A stretch of DNA of 64,000 nucleotides from Candidatus Spongiisociaceae bacterium (GCA_965202665.1 OZ241841.1:2112001-2176000), one strand, 5' to 3'; counted from the stretch's first letter, positions 20,403 through 30,370 are shown. The notes: generated by a model from the sequence alone, not told the origin. A program made the numbers and translations.

Positions 20403-21560
20403 TTGGCCAAACCGGATATGGAAACTTTACCCCCGCCCCCCGCCCCGGACGAACCGGCCCGGACCGCCCCCCCGGAGGAGCCCGTCCCCCAAGAGGGGGC
20501 CGGAGCCGCCGAGCCGCCGCCTTCCGCCGATTCCCCTCCCGAGCGGAACCGTCCGCCCCGTTGGCTGTGGCCGGTCCTGGGCGGGATGGCGGTCCTGCTG
20601 GCCTTGGTTTTAACGGCGGGCCAGATGCGCGTTCCTTTCTACGCCCTGTCCCCCGGCGCGGTGCAGGAAGTGGACGACCTCACCGAAATCACCGGGACTC
20701 CCACCTACAATTTGAACGGCGATCTTTACATGCTCACCGTCACCGTGCAAGAGGTGAACCCCTTCGAGTTGGCGCACGGCTGGTTTTCCCCGGCGGTGGA
20801 CTTGTACCGCCGGGAGGTCATCCGCCCCCGGGACGTGACCCCCGAAGAGCACCGCGAGCGGAACCGTCAGATGATGCGCGACTCGCGTGATATCGCCATC
20901 ACGGTCGCCCTGCGCCATCTCGGTTACGACGTAGGGCAAACGGGGGAGGGGATGCTGGTGGTGGAAGTAGCGGAAGGGTCGCCCGCCGCCGGGGTTTTGC
21001 AACCGGGGGATGTGATCACGGCGGTGGACGGGGAGCCGGTGACGGGGTGGGCGGAGGGGGTGGAGGCCATCCGCTCCAAACAGCCCGGCCAAGCGGCGGA
21101 GTTCACCATCTACCGGGATTCGGAGAAACGCACCGTCCGCCTCACTTTGGCGGAACACACCTCCGAGCCCGGTCAGCCGATGGCCGGCTTCACCCCCGAC
21201 ACCGCCAACCCTTCCCTGCAACTGCCGTTTCCGGTGACCATCGACACCGCCAACTCCGGCGGTCCGTCGGCGGGAATAATGTACGTGCTCGCCATCCTGG
21301 ATCTGCTGACCGAAGAGGATCTGATCAAAGGCAACATTGTGGCCGGGACCGGCGCCATCGACTTGGACGGGACGGTGGGGCCCATCGGCGGCGTCCGCCA
21401 GAAAGTAGTAGCCGCCCAGGAGGCGGGGGCCCGTTTCATCCTGGTGCCGAGGAGAAACTACGCCGACGCCCTGACCGCCAAAAACGACGGAGTGCGGATT
21501 TTTCCCATCGCTTCTTTGGAGGAGGCGTTGGCCGTTTTGGAGGGCCTTCCCCCCGCCTGA
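20403..21560 (+). CDS. Membrane PDZ-domain Lon-like (S16) protease, YlbL family
   Basis: TM, PDZ, GGPSAG (catalytic Ser), AGTGAIDLDGTVGPIGGVRQK (catalytic Lys); start could be 20418. Confidence 0.88.
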   Translation: MAKPDMETLPPPPAPDEPARTAPPEEPVPQEGAGAAEPPPSADSPPERNRPPRWLWPVLGGMAVLLALVLTAGQMRVPFYALSPGAVQEVDDLTEITGTPTYNLNGDLYMLTVTVQEVNPFELAHGWFSPAVDLYRREVIRPRDVTPEEHRERNRQMMRDSRDIAITVALRHLGYDVGQTGEGMLVVEVAEGSPAAGVLQPGDVITAVDGEPVTGWAEGVEAIRSKQPGQAAEFTIYRDSEKRTVRLTLAEHTSEPGQPMAGFTPDTANPSLQLPFPVTIDTANSGGPSAGIMYVLAILDLLTEEDLIKGNIVAGTGAIDLDGTVGPIGGVRQKVVAAQEAGARFILVPRRNYADALTAKNDGVRIFPIASLEEALAVLEGLPPA

Positions 21561-21596
21561 CCGCGGCCCGCGGTACGGCCGGAGCCAAAAAACCGG

Positions 21597-21685
21597 TTGA
21601 CATTTGGGGAGGTTATCCACAGAATAGGGCGGGAAAAGGCTCCGCCATTGGAGTTATCCACAACAAAGGTGTAGAGTTATCCACA
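21597..21685 (+). promoter_or_regulatory. Promoter with three perfect DnaA boxes
   Basis: TTGACA 21597-21602, 17 bp, CAGAAT 21620-21625; TTATCCACA at 21613-21621, 21654-21662 and 21677-21685. Confidence 0.8.
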
Positions 21686-21686
21686 A

Positions 21687-23681
21687 ATGAACGAAAACCC
21701 GACGCCCAACGCCCCGGACGGCGACCGCCCGGTTCCGCCCGAGGCGACTCCCGCGTTCGCCAAAGTGTTCCGCGGTTACGATCCGGCGGAAGTGGACGAC
21801 TACATTTCCAGCCTGGTAACCCGTCTCAAGTTGCATCGGGCCCACCTGCCCGACTCCGAGTTGAGCGGAGAGCAGGGGGCGGAGATGATCGACACCGCGG
21901 CCGCCGACATCGCCGAACTGTTGCAATCCGCCCGGCTGGCCGCCGGGAAAATAAGAAGCCGCGCCGACCATCAAATAGCGGCCGACCTGACCGTCGCCGA
22001 AGCCCAAGCGCGGCAGGTGCGGGAGGACGCCGAAGCCGACGCCTACGCCATGCGCAAGTCGGCCTGGGATATGGCGGCGGAAGCCTTAGAGTCGCTGGAG
22101 GGGCAGGCGGCGGAGATGGAGGCGGAAGCCGACCGCAAGGCTTTGGCCATCATCGGCGAATCGGAGCGCACCGCCCACCGCAACCTGGCCTCCGCCCGCC
22201 GGGAAGGGGAGCGTCTGATGCAGGAGGCGGGGGCCCAAGCGGAGCGGATGCTGATGCAGTCCCGGGAGCAAAGCGAGGAGATGATCGCGGAAAGCGAACG
22301 CCGGGTGGATGTGATCAAAAAGCAAATCAGGTTGGAGTCCAAACGACGGGACGCGTTGGCCGCCGAAGTGAACGAGTTGCGTTCCAAACTGGACGGCCCC
22401 GCCCCGTTGGAGGAGCACGGCGGCTCCGCTATCCGCCTGGTTCCCCCCATGGAGCGGGACAACGGCGACCGCGTCCGGTCCGAACCGGAGGAGCGGGCCC
22501 GCGATGACCGCGCCCCAACCGAGGAGGTCCGCCCGGCCGCTGAGTCGCCCGCGGTGGACGGCCAAGACGTGGCCGAGGAGGTGGCCCTTTTGCGGGAAGC
22601 GGCCGAGGCCAACGGCGAATCGCCCGCCCCCGTCCGCCCGCCCGCCGGGGCGGAAAAGCCGCCTCCCCGACCCCGACCCGACCCGCCCCCGGAGCCGGCC
22701 CGCGTCCGCTCCGAGCCGGAAGACGCCGGCCGGGCGGATCCCGAGCCGGTCCGGGAAGAGTCCCGGTCCAGGTCCCGTTCGGAACCGGAACCGGCCGCCG
22801 GGGAACGCGCCGCGGTTCTGTCCGCGCCGCCGGTGTCGGAGCGGGAGCTGGCCAAGATGTGGTCCACCGGCCAGCCGTTGCGCCGCGCCTACGACGAGGC
22901 GGCCGCCGACAGTTTCGGTTCCCTGTTCGAAGACCTGCGCCGACTGCAGGAAACCGAGGCGGGAGGGGCCGACGGCCCGGCGGCGCCGGCCAAGCCCCCC
23001 GCCCCGCCTCCCCCCCGGCCGGCTGGGGACAAGCCCGTCTCCGCCCGCCCCGCGGAACGGCTGTCGGCGGCGGAGCGTTATCACATGGCGGTGTTCCCCA
23101 TCGCCAACCGCACCTTGCGCAACATCAAACGGCGCCTGATCGACATTCAAAACCAGCAGTTGGAAGCCCTCAAAAACGATCCGGCCAACTGGCAACCGGA
23201 GCGGGCCCGGCTGGAGGAAAGCCTGGCGCGCGATTTGACGATCATGCACCGGGAGGCCTTCGCGGCCGGACGCGCCGCGGCCGGTGAAATCCTGGAGGGG
23301 GCCGGGGCCGCTCCCCATCCCGAAATCCCGGAGGGCGAATCGGAGGTGTTCGTATCGGCCCTGTTCGACGAGTTGGTGCTGACCGTGCAGGCGGGCCGGG
23401 AGAACGGCCATGGGGCCCGCCAGCTGGGGGCCGCCCTTTCCCAGGCCTACCGGGTGTGGCGCACCGACGAAGCCGAACGCCGGGTGCGTTTTTTGGCGGG
23501 CCGCTCCTACCATCGGGGATTGCTGGCCGGGTTCCGGCAGGCGGGAGTGGAGCGGTTGCGGCTGGACTCGGCGGATCCGTGCCGGGAATGCGCCTATGAT
23601 GTAGGGGATTCCCGGCCCGCGGCGGAAGCCGAGCCGTTTCCCGACCATCACGACTGCCGTTGCACCCTGGTTCCGGCTTGA
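21687..23681 (+). CDS. DivIVA-domain coiled-coil protein with C-terminal Cys/His (MuF-like) domain
   Basis: FAKVFRGYDPAEVDDYI DivIVA motif; long coiled coil; Pro-rich linker; CREC...PFPDHHDCRCTLVP. Confidence 0.8.
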   Translation: MNENPTPNAPDGDRPVPPEATPAFAKVFRGYDPAEVDDYISSLVTRLKLHRAHLPDSELSGEQGAEMIDTAAADIAELLQSARLAAGKIRSRADHQIAADLTVAEAQARQVREDAEADAYAMRKSAWDMAAEALESLEGQAAEMEAEADRKALAIIGESERTAHRNLASARREGERLMQEAGAQAERMLMQSREQSEEMIAESERRVDVIKKQIRLESKRRDALAAEVNELRSKLDGPAPLEEHGGSAIRLVPPMERDNGDRVRSEPEERARDDRAPTEEVRPAAESPAVDGQDVAEEVALLREAAEANGESPAPVRPPAGAEKPPPRPRPDPPPEPARVRSEPEDAGRADPEPVREESRSRSRSEPEPAAGERAAVLSAPPVSERELAKMWSTGQPLRRAYDEAAADSFGSLFEDLRRLQETEAGGADGPAAPAKPPAPPPPRPAGDKPVSARPAERLSAAERYHMAVFPIANRTLRNIKRRLIDIQNQQLEALKNDPANWQPERARLEESLARDLTIMHREAFAAGRAAAGEILEGAGAAPHPEIPEGESEVFVSALFDELVLTVQAGRENGHGARQLGAALSQAYRVWRTDEAERRVRFLAGRSYHRGLLAGFRQAGVERLRLDSADPCRECAYDVGDSRPAAEAEPFPDHHDCRCTLVPA

Positions 23682-23763
23682 ACCCGGTCCCCCGTTTCGC
23701 CGACGGCGGTTTTGGGCGTAGGATGGGAGGCCGGGCCGCATCCGAAAGGGAGTTAGCCGCTCT

Positions 23764-26673
23764 ATGATCAGACGAGACAACCAACGTTCCCGCTCCGGGC
23801 GCCGTTCGCCCCGCCGGTGGATGATCCTGGCCGCCGTCGGGGTGTTGGCCGCCTTTTTGCTCCTCCGGTTTCTAGCCGTTTTCTGGACCGATTTCCTGTG
23901 GTTCGCTTCGGTGGACGCCACTTCGGTGTGGAGCACCCGTTTGCTGTCCCAACTTTGGCTGGGGGCGGCGGGGACGGTCGCCGCCGCCGTTTTGGTGTGG
24001 GTGAACCTGTGGGTCGCCTACCGGATTTCCAGCCGGTTTTCCCTGTACGACGCCAGCCCGGGCGAGGAGCTGATCGTCCGCTTCCGGGAGTGGGTGGAGC
24101 CCCGGGTGCGCTGGTTGCATATCGGGGCGGCGGGGGTGCTGGGATTGTTGCTGGGGGCGGGGGTGTCCGGCTGGTGGCGGGACGTTCTGCTGTTTATGAA
24201 CCAGACCTCTTTCGGCAAAGCCGATCCCATTTTCAGCCGGGACGCCTCCTTCTACGTGTTCCAGTTGCCGGTGTACCGCAACATCGTCGCGTGGTTTTTG
24301 CAGATCGTCATCCTGTGCACCGTGCTGAGCCTGGTGCTGCATTACCTGTACGGGGGCATCCGCATGCGGCAGTCCCGCATCCCCCAGTTCGGGGCGGGGG
24401 TGAAAGCCCACCTGTCGGTTTTGCTGGCCGGTTTGGCCCTTATCAAGGCGGTCGCCTACCAGTTCGACGTGGCCGAGCTGGTGTATTCGTCCCGGGGGGC
24501 GGTGTTCGGGGCTTCCTACACGGATGTGACGGCCCATCGTCCGGCGCTGATCCTGCTCAGCCTGATTTCGGTGTTCGCGGCCGGATTGTTGTTGTGGAAC
24601 ATCCGCGCCCGGGGATGGACTTTGCCGGCGGTGGCGGCCGGGTTGTGGCTGGTGGTGTCGCTGGTGGTGGGGGGGTTGGTGCCGCTGGCCATCGAACGTT
24701 TCCGGGTGCAGCCCAACCAGTTCAACCTGGAAAAAGAATACATCGAGTACCACATCGATTTCACCCGGGAGGCCTACGGGATGGGGGAGGGACGGGTGGA
24801 GGTGCGGGACTTCGCCGCTTCTCCGGATCTGACCGCAACCGACATCGCCGCCAACCAGGCCACGATCGACAATGTGCGGCTGTGGGATCCGGGGGTGCTG
24901 GCCCCCGCCTACCGGCAGTTGCAGGCCATCCGCCCCTACTATCAGATTTCCAACGTGGACACCGACCGCTATGTGATCGACGGCCAGTTGACGCAGGTGA
25001 TGGTGGCCGCCCGCGAGTTGGATTCGGAGGGCCTGCCCGCCACCGGATGGGTGAACGAACGGCTGGTGTACACCCACGGTTTCGGGGAGGTAATTTCCCG
25101 GGCCAACGACGTGAATCCGACCACCGGCGAGCCGGCTTTTCTGGTAAGGGACGTTCCGCCCGCCACCGGCGTTCCCGAACTGGAGACCAAACAGCCCCGC
25201 ATCTATTTCGGGGAGTCGTTCGACACCGGCAGTTACGTGATTGTGGGCACCAACCAGCAGGAGGTGGATTTCCCGTCCGGCCAGGACGACGACGTGGTGC
25301 GCAACACCTATGAGGGGGAGGGCGGGGTGCGGCTGTCCAACTTTGCGGTGGAGGCGGCGATGGCCATGCGGTTCGGCGATTTGAACATCCTGATTTCGCC
25401 GGAGTTGAATTCCCGTTCCAAAATTCTGATGGTGCGGGACGTGACCGACCGGCTGGCCATGGTGGCCCCTTTCCTGTACGCCGACTACGACCCCTATTTG
25501 GCGCTGATCGACGGGCGGCTGGTGTGGATAGCGGACCTGTATTCGGTGACCGACCGGTATCCGTATTCCCAACCGTCGGTGGACGACCGTTTGGGCCGTA
25601 CCGCGCCGTTGCCCCGCAACTTCAATTACATCCGCAATTCGGTGAAAGCGGTGGTGGACGCCGAGGACGGGACGATGGACTTGTACGTGTTGGAGGGGGC
25701 GGACGCCCTGACCCGCACCTACCGCAAAGTGTTCCCGGAAGTGTTCCGGGACGCTTCGGAGATGAGCGACGAGTTGCGCAGCCACCTGCGTTATCCGGAG
25801 GACCTGTTCCGGGTGCAGTCCGACATGTACGCTGTCTACCACCAGTCCGACCCGGAAGTGTTTTTCCAAGAGGAGGACAAATGGGAAATTCCGGGGGAGT
25901 CGGCCACTTCCGCCCGGGAGGTGGTGCGGGGGGACATCATTTCGCTGGCGGGGACGGTGGACGGTTCCTCCCGGCAGAGCCTGCCCTATTACCTGTTGAT
26001 GCGGTTGCCCGGCGAGGAGGACTTGTCGTTTCTGGTGTTGCAAAGTTTCAACCCGGCGGGCCGGGCCAATATGACGGCCTTCATGGTGGCGAAAAGCGAT
26101 CCCGGCTCCTACGGGGAGATCATCGATTACCGACTGCCGAGAGGGGAGTTGATCAACGGGTTGGAGCAGATCAGCGCCCGCATCGACCAGGACCCGGAGA
26201 TTTCCCAGCAGTTTACGCTGTTGGGCCAGCAGGGTTCCGTAATCATCCGGGGGAACCTGCTGGTGGTGCCCATTGAGGAGTCGCTCCTGTTCATCCAGCC
26301 CATCTACCTGCGGGGGGAGGGGTTGGAGTTGCCGGAGTTCAAGCGGGTGGTGGTGGTGTTCGGGGAGGAGACCCCCCCGATTATGCGCGGCACGCTGGAG
26401 GAGGCCTTAGCGGTGATCTTCGGGGAGGGCGCCGTTCCGGATCCGGATGCCGAAGTTGCGGAGCCGGACCAGCCCGCTCAGCCCGACCCGCCGGACGAGC
26501 CGTCCGCCCCCGCCCCCGACGTCCCCGACGACCTGAACGCTTTGGTGGCCGAGATCGACCGCCTGCTTTCCGAGGCCGACCAGGCCCTCCGCTCCGGCGA
26601 CCTGGGGGCCTACCAGTCCAAAGTGGACGAAGCCCGCGCCCTGGCAACCCGCCTAACCGCCCTGATCGGCTGA
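23764..26673 (+). CDS. UPF0182 family membrane protein
   Basis: WTDFLWF, DPIFSRDASFYVFQLP, GASYTDV, NVRLWDP, YTHGFG, PRIYFGE, NYIRNSVKAVVD, HLRYPEDLF. Confidence 0.93.
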   Translation: MIRRDNQRSRSGRRSPRRWMILAAVGVLAAFLLLRFLAVFWTDFLWFASVDATSVWSTRLLSQLWLGAAGTVAAAVLVWVNLWVAYRISSRFSLYDASPGEELIVRFREWVEPRVRWLHIGAAGVLGLLLGAGVSGWWRDVLLFMNQTSFGKADPIFSRDASFYVFQLPVYRNIVAWFLQIVILCTVLSLVLHYLYGGIRMRQSRIPQFGAGVKAHLSVLLAGLALIKAVAYQFDVAELVYSSRGAVFGASYTDVTAHRPALILLSLISVFAAGLLLWNIRARGWTLPAVAAGLWLVVSLVVGGLVPLAIERFRVQPNQFNLEKEYIEYHIDFTREAYGMGEGRVEVRDFAASPDLTATDIAANQATIDNVRLWDPGVLAPAYRQLQAIRPYYQISNVDTDRYVIDGQLTQVMVAARELDSEGLPATGWVNERLVYTHGFGEVISRANDVNPTTGEPAFLVRDVPPATGVPELETKQPRIYFGESFDTGSYVIVGTNQQEVDFPSGQDDDVVRNTYEGEGGVRLSNFAVEAAMAMRFGDLNILISPELNSRSKILMVRDVTDRLAMVAPFLYADYDPYLALIDGRLVWIADLYSVTDRYPYSQPSVDDRLGRTAPLPRNFNYIRNSVKAVVDAEDGTMDLYVLEGADALTRTYRKVFPEVFRDASEMSDELRSHLRYPEDLFRVQSDMYAVYHQSDPEVFFQEEDKWEIPGESATSAREVVRGDIISLAGTVDGSSRQSLPYYLLMRLPGEEDLSFLVLQSFNPAGRANMTAFMVAKSDPGSYGEIIDYRLPRGELINGLEQISARIDQDPEISQQFTLLGQQGSVIIRGNLLVVPIEESLLFIQPIYLRGEGLELPEFKRVVVVFGEETPPIMRGTLEEALAVIFGEGAVPDPDAEVAEPDQPAQPDPPDEPSAPAPDVPDDLNALVAEIDRLLSEADQALRSGDLGAYQSKVDEARALATRLTALIG

Positions 26674-26678
26674 ACTCG

Positions 26679-26690
26679 CCCCCCCCCCCC
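26679..26690. repeat. C12 homopolymer upstream of tRNA promoter
   Basis: Run of 12 C followed by AATT. Confidence 0.85.
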
Positions 26691-26733
26691 AATTTGCGCC
26701 CCTGCCCGACGGCGTTATAATGGCCGAACGCGA

Positions 26734-26811
26734 CGCGGGGTGGAGCAGTCTGGTCAGCTCGTCGGGCTCATAACCCGAAGGTCGCAGGTTCAAATCCTGC
26801 CCCCGCTACCA
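26734..26811 (+). tRNA. Initiator tRNA-fMet (CAT)
   Basis: CGCGGGG...CTCATAA...GGTTCAAATCC...CCCCGCTACCA; unpaired C1, three G-C pairs in anticodon stem, encoded CCA; TATAAT at 26716-26721. Confidence 0.97.
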
Positions 26812-26940
26812 ACCAGCCGCAAACTTCCCGATCCTCCCGATCCGGCCAAAAACCGCCCCCACGCTGGGCTTTCGCAAATGCGTTAGTTTGTCACAGGATG
26901 TTGTTATAGTATTGTTACCACTATTTAAAAGGGGATATCA

Positions 26941-28266
26941 ATGGTTAAACAATACGAAATCCGCGACCCGGTGCTTTCTTTCATCGGGGTTGATTCGGGT
27001 GAGCGGCGGGTGATAGATTCCCGGCCGGTGCAACGGCTCCGCTACATTCGCCAGCTGGCCACATCGTATCTGATATACCCGGGGGCGACGCACACCCGGT
27101 TCGAACATTCGCTGGGCACGATGGAGCTGGCGGGCCGGATTTACGACGCGGTGACCGTTCCGTCGCGCTCCAACGGTTTCGTCTTCCAAGCCTTGCCCGA
27201 GCTGCGGGAAGGGGAGGAACGCTCTTATTGGAGGCGGGTGGTTCGGATGGCGGGACTATGCCACGACCTCGGCCATCTGCCGTTTTCCCACGCCGCCGAG
27301 CACGAACTGCTCCCCGAAGAATGGAGCCACGAGCGTCTCACTTACGAGATTATCCGCTCCAAAGAGATGACCGAAGTTTTGTCAAGCGGCAGGCCGCCGG
27401 TGGATTCCGAGGATGTGGCGCGGATCGCAGTGGGGCAGAAGCACTGGATCGAGAAAGCTCTGACCCCTATGGAAACTATCCTGTCCGAGATTATCGGCGG
27501 AGACGCGCTGGGGGCGGACCGGATGGATTACCTGCTACGGGATTCGTTGCACGCCGGCGTGGCCTATGGTCGCTTCGATTACCATCGCCTGATCGGAACC
27601 CTCCGGATTCTGCCCTCCTTCTCGCTGGATGAGGAAGACAAGGGACGGCCGATGTTGGGAGTGGAGTGGGGCGGGATTCAGTCGGCGGAGGCCCTGCTGA
27701 TGGCCAGGTATTTTATGTTCTCTCAAGTATATTTTCATAAGATAAGAATGATTTACGACCTTCATCTTATCGATTTCCTGAAAGATTGGCTTCCTGGTGG
27801 ACGATTTAAGACCGATATCGAATCCCATCTGAAGTTCACGGACAGCGAAATCATCGCCGCCATCCGCGAGGCCGGTTACGATGAGGGCATGGACGGGCAT
27901 AAATGGGCGCATCGCTTGGCGAATCGCAAGCACTTTCGGGTGCTCGATCCGGGCCGCCCGCAACATGCGGCTCAGAATTCGAGGATGGCGAAAGCCATCT
28001 GCCGGGCCGCGCAAGCCAAATTCGGGGCGGATTTCGCGCGGGCGGCCCATCCTCCGCCTAAAGAGAGCAAGTTGGAGTTTCCGGTTCTGATGGAGGACGA
28101 AAAAGTTCAATCGTCGCTTACCGTGTCGCAGGTGTTTGCTTCTCTTCCCGTTCCAACACCCGGTTATGTTTACGTCGATGAGAGAATATTGGATGAAGCC
28201 CGAAAATGGTTGGCGAAGCATCGCGATCACATTATTAAGGAAGCATCTCAAGGAGGAGGTGAATAA
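26941..28266 (+). CDS. HD-domain dNTP triphosphohydrolase-like protein (SAMHD1/YwfO-like)
   Basis: IRDPV, QRLRYIRQLA, YPGATHTRFEHSLG, CHDLGHLPFSH, ADRMDYLLRD, RYFMFSQVYFHK. Confidence 0.9.
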   Translation: MVKQYEIRDPVLSFIGVDSGERRVIDSRPVQRLRYIRQLATSYLIYPGATHTRFEHSLGTMELAGRIYDAVTVPSRSNGFVFQALPELREGEERSYWRRVVRMAGLCHDLGHLPFSHAAEHELLPEEWSHERLTYEIIRSKEMTEVLSSGRPPVDSEDVARIAVGQKHWIEKALTPMETILSEIIGGDALGADRMDYLLRDSLHAGVAYGRFDYHRLIGTLRILPSFSLDEEDKGRPMLGVEWGGIQSAEALLMARYFMFSQVYFHKIRMIYDLHLIDFLKDWLPGGRFKTDIESHLKFTDSEIIAAIREAGYDEGMDGHKWAHRLANRKHFRVLDPGRPQHAAQNSRMAKAICRAAQAKFGADFARAAHPPPKESKLEFPVLMEDEKVQSSLTVSQVFASLPVPTPGYVYVDERILDEARKWLAKHRDHIIKEASQGGGE

Positions 28267-29906
28267 TGGACCTTTTGCGGAAGATAGCGTTGGTTTCCGA
28301 ACTGTTGGACCGGATACGGGCCAACAACGTTTGGGCGGGCCCGGTTCACCTGCAGAAGAGCATGTTCTTCTTGCAGGAGATGCGGGGAGTCCCGCTGGAC
28401 TTCGAGTTCGTTCTGTACCGATACGGGCCGTACTCTTTTGAGTTGCAGGACGAGATCGAATATATCCGAGGGTCGGGGTTTCTGAAGTGGTTTTTTCACG
28501 ACTCCCCCGGCTATGCCACCGGCCTAGAAACTACCGAGGCCAGTCGCAATATCCGCGACAAACTTCCCAAGCTTATGGATAAGTACGAGGATGATTTGGC
28601 CTTTGTGTCCGAAAATATCGGTCCTATGAGGTCCATGCAACTAGAGCGGGTATCGACTTCCTTTTATTACATGGTGAAGGGCTTGGAAGGCGACGAGGAT
28701 ATCGCCCGCGAGGTTTGCAAGGTAAAACCGCATATTGATTACTCGGACGCGGCAGAGGCTGTGCAACAGGTCCGCCAGTTCGCCGAGCAGTCAGGTTGGC
28801 GCCGTATGGACAGCGTAACTTGGCCAATCGAACCTCATACTTTAGCTAAGCACGACCTCCTTCGTAGGTATCTCGGAGATTGGTTTCCTATTATGTACAA
28901 GCGCAACAAGAGAATTATATATCTCGATGCTTTTGCTGGTCCTGGTGTTTACGCGGGCGGTGAGCCAGGGTCGCCTTTGATTGCACTGGAAACACTTATT
29001 ACGCATAAGTCATTTCCAAAGATGAGTGAAACAGAATTTGGGTTTGTATTTATAGAAAAGGATAAATCGAAGTGTCAAAGGCTGGAGCAAGAAATAGAAA
29101 CCTTTTGGCTAAAGCAGGGAATAGATAAGCCCTCGAATATAGAAATCGATGTGATAAACGATGAATTTATGAATATTGCTCAGGATGTTCTTAATAAAAT
29201 TGAACCTAAAGGTGCAACACTAGCACCTGCTTTTGCTTTTATTGATCCTTTTGGTTGGTCCGATATTAGATTCGATCTAATGATGCAAATTGTTTCCTTT
29301 GATAAGTGGGAAATTTTATTTACCTTTATGGTTGAGCATATTTCTCGCTTCTTAAATAAACCAAATACACAAAAATCTTTACAAGGTTTTTTTGGCACAG
29401 ATAAATATAGAGATTTTGTTTCTCTATCTGGTGATAAAAGGATAGAATCTTTAAGAGATCTATTTGTTGATCAGTTAAGAGAAAAAGGTTCTTTCTCGCA
29501 TGTAACACCATTTGAAATGGTTAGCAATAGAGGTAAGACCGAGTGTTTTTTGATTCACGGCACACGTCATATAAAAGGGCTTCAAGTAATGAAGGATGCA
29601 ATGTGGAAGTTGGATCCGACCGGTAACTATCAATTCGAGGCAAGGTGGAAGGGACAGGAAGTTCTTTTTGGCCCTAATTATATCAAAGATCTCAAAAAAG
29701 AGTTTATTGAAGAATTCAAAGGAAGAGAGGTATCAATTTCAGAAATAGAGAATTACGTATTAACAGATACTCTCTATACTAAAAACCATGTAGTACCAAC
29801 TTTGAAAGAAATGGAAAAAGAGATAGAAAATAAAGGAATAATATTAGCAACAAACCGTCAAAGAAAGAGAACATATCCGTCTGGCACTAAAATTACATTC
29901 TTCTGA
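28266..29906 (+). CDS. Fusion: YwgA/Panacea(DUF4065)-like N-domain (aa 1-180) + TcmP three-Cys-motif partner domain
   Basis: N-part HLQKSMFFLQ...FVLYRYGPYSFEL; from Met at 28806 a paralog of the 31088 protein (HTLAKHDLLRRYL, YLDAFAGPG, GSPLIA, FIDPFG); TAATG overlap with HD gene. Confidence 0.8.
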   Translation: MDLLRKIALVSELLDRIRANNVWAGPVHLQKSMFFLQEMRGVPLDFEFVLYRYGPYSFELQDEIEYIRGSGFLKWFFHDSPGYATGLETTEASRNIRDKLPKLMDKYEDDLAFVSENIGPMRSMQLERVSTSFYYMVKGLEGDEDIAREVCKVKPHIDYSDAAEAVQQVRQFAEQSGWRRMDSVTWPIEPHTLAKHDLLRRYLGDWFPIMYKRNKRIIYLDAFAGPGVYAGGEPGSPLIALETLITHKSFPKMSETEFGFVFIEKDKSKCQRLEQEIETFWLKQGIDKPSNIEIDVINDEFMNIAQDVLNKIEPKGATLAPAFAFIDPFGWSDIRFDLMMQIVSFDKWEILFTFMVEHISRFLNKPNTQKSLQGFFGTDKYRDFVSLSGDKRIESLRDLFVDQLREKGSFSHVTPFEMVSNRGKTECFLIHGTRHIKGLQVMKDAMWKLDPTGNYQFEARWKGQEVLFGPNYIKDLKKEFIEEFKGREVSISEIENYVLTDTLYTKNHVVPTLKEMEKEIENKGIILATNRQRKRTYPSGTKITFF

Positions 29907-29914
29907 ATAGGTGG

Positions 29915-29960
29915 TTATAATGTGGGAAGCCATTCCAAGTAATGCCATCTAAGGTTCGGC
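29915..29960 (-). pseudogene. 3'-terminal relic of a DUF5131 gene
   Basis: Encodes RTLDGITWNGFP, identical to the C-terminus of the 32235-32942 protein; DNA nearly identical. Confidence 0.8.
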
Positions 29961-29961
29961 T

Positions 29962-30339
29962 TTGGTCAGCGAGGGGGAGCGGCCGGTTGGGATCATCCAG
30001 AGTTACCGCATCGGGGACGACCCTGAATATTTGGATGACCGGTGGATGGTGGGGGCGCCGCCCGACGAGGTCAGCTTGGACTATCTGATCGGGGTACCGG
30101 ACGCGGTGGGGCGGGGGCTGGGTTCGGAGATGATACGGCGGTTCGCAGCCAGCCTGTGGGAGCGCTACCCGCGGGCACCGTCGGCGATCGTGGCGGTGCT
30201 GGCCGACAACCCGGCTTCCTGGCGCGCTTTGGAGAAAGCCGGGTTCGCCCGGATCTGGTCGGGCCCGGCCCGCTCCGACTACGGAGCCGACGAACTCACC
30301 CACATCTACCGTCTTTCCCGCCCGTCGCCGGTTGCCTGA
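29962..30339 (+). pseudogene. 5'-truncated GNAT acetyltransferase (AAC(6')-like C-terminal half)
   Basis: PVGIIQSY, LDYLIG...GRGLGS, NPASWRALEKAGF; N-terminal part missing, abuts the DUF5131 relic. Confidence 0.7.
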
Positions 30340-30370
30340 CTCGGCTCACCGCCGACCCGCCCTTTGCTTA

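Noticed and set aside
21613-21685. oriC at the DnaA-box cluster
   Set aside because: Only three boxes in ~125 bp of intergenic DNA, no AT-rich unwinding element and no dnaA/dnaN/parAB nearby; a regulatory site is more plausible
29893-30303. 136-aa minus-strand ORF ending in RTLDGITWNGFP
   Set aside because: Chimera of the GNAT antisense strand and the DUF5131 relic
29962-30339. Functional aminoglycoside resistance gene
   Set aside because: N-terminal part of the GNAT fold is missing, and substrate cannot be inferred from motifs
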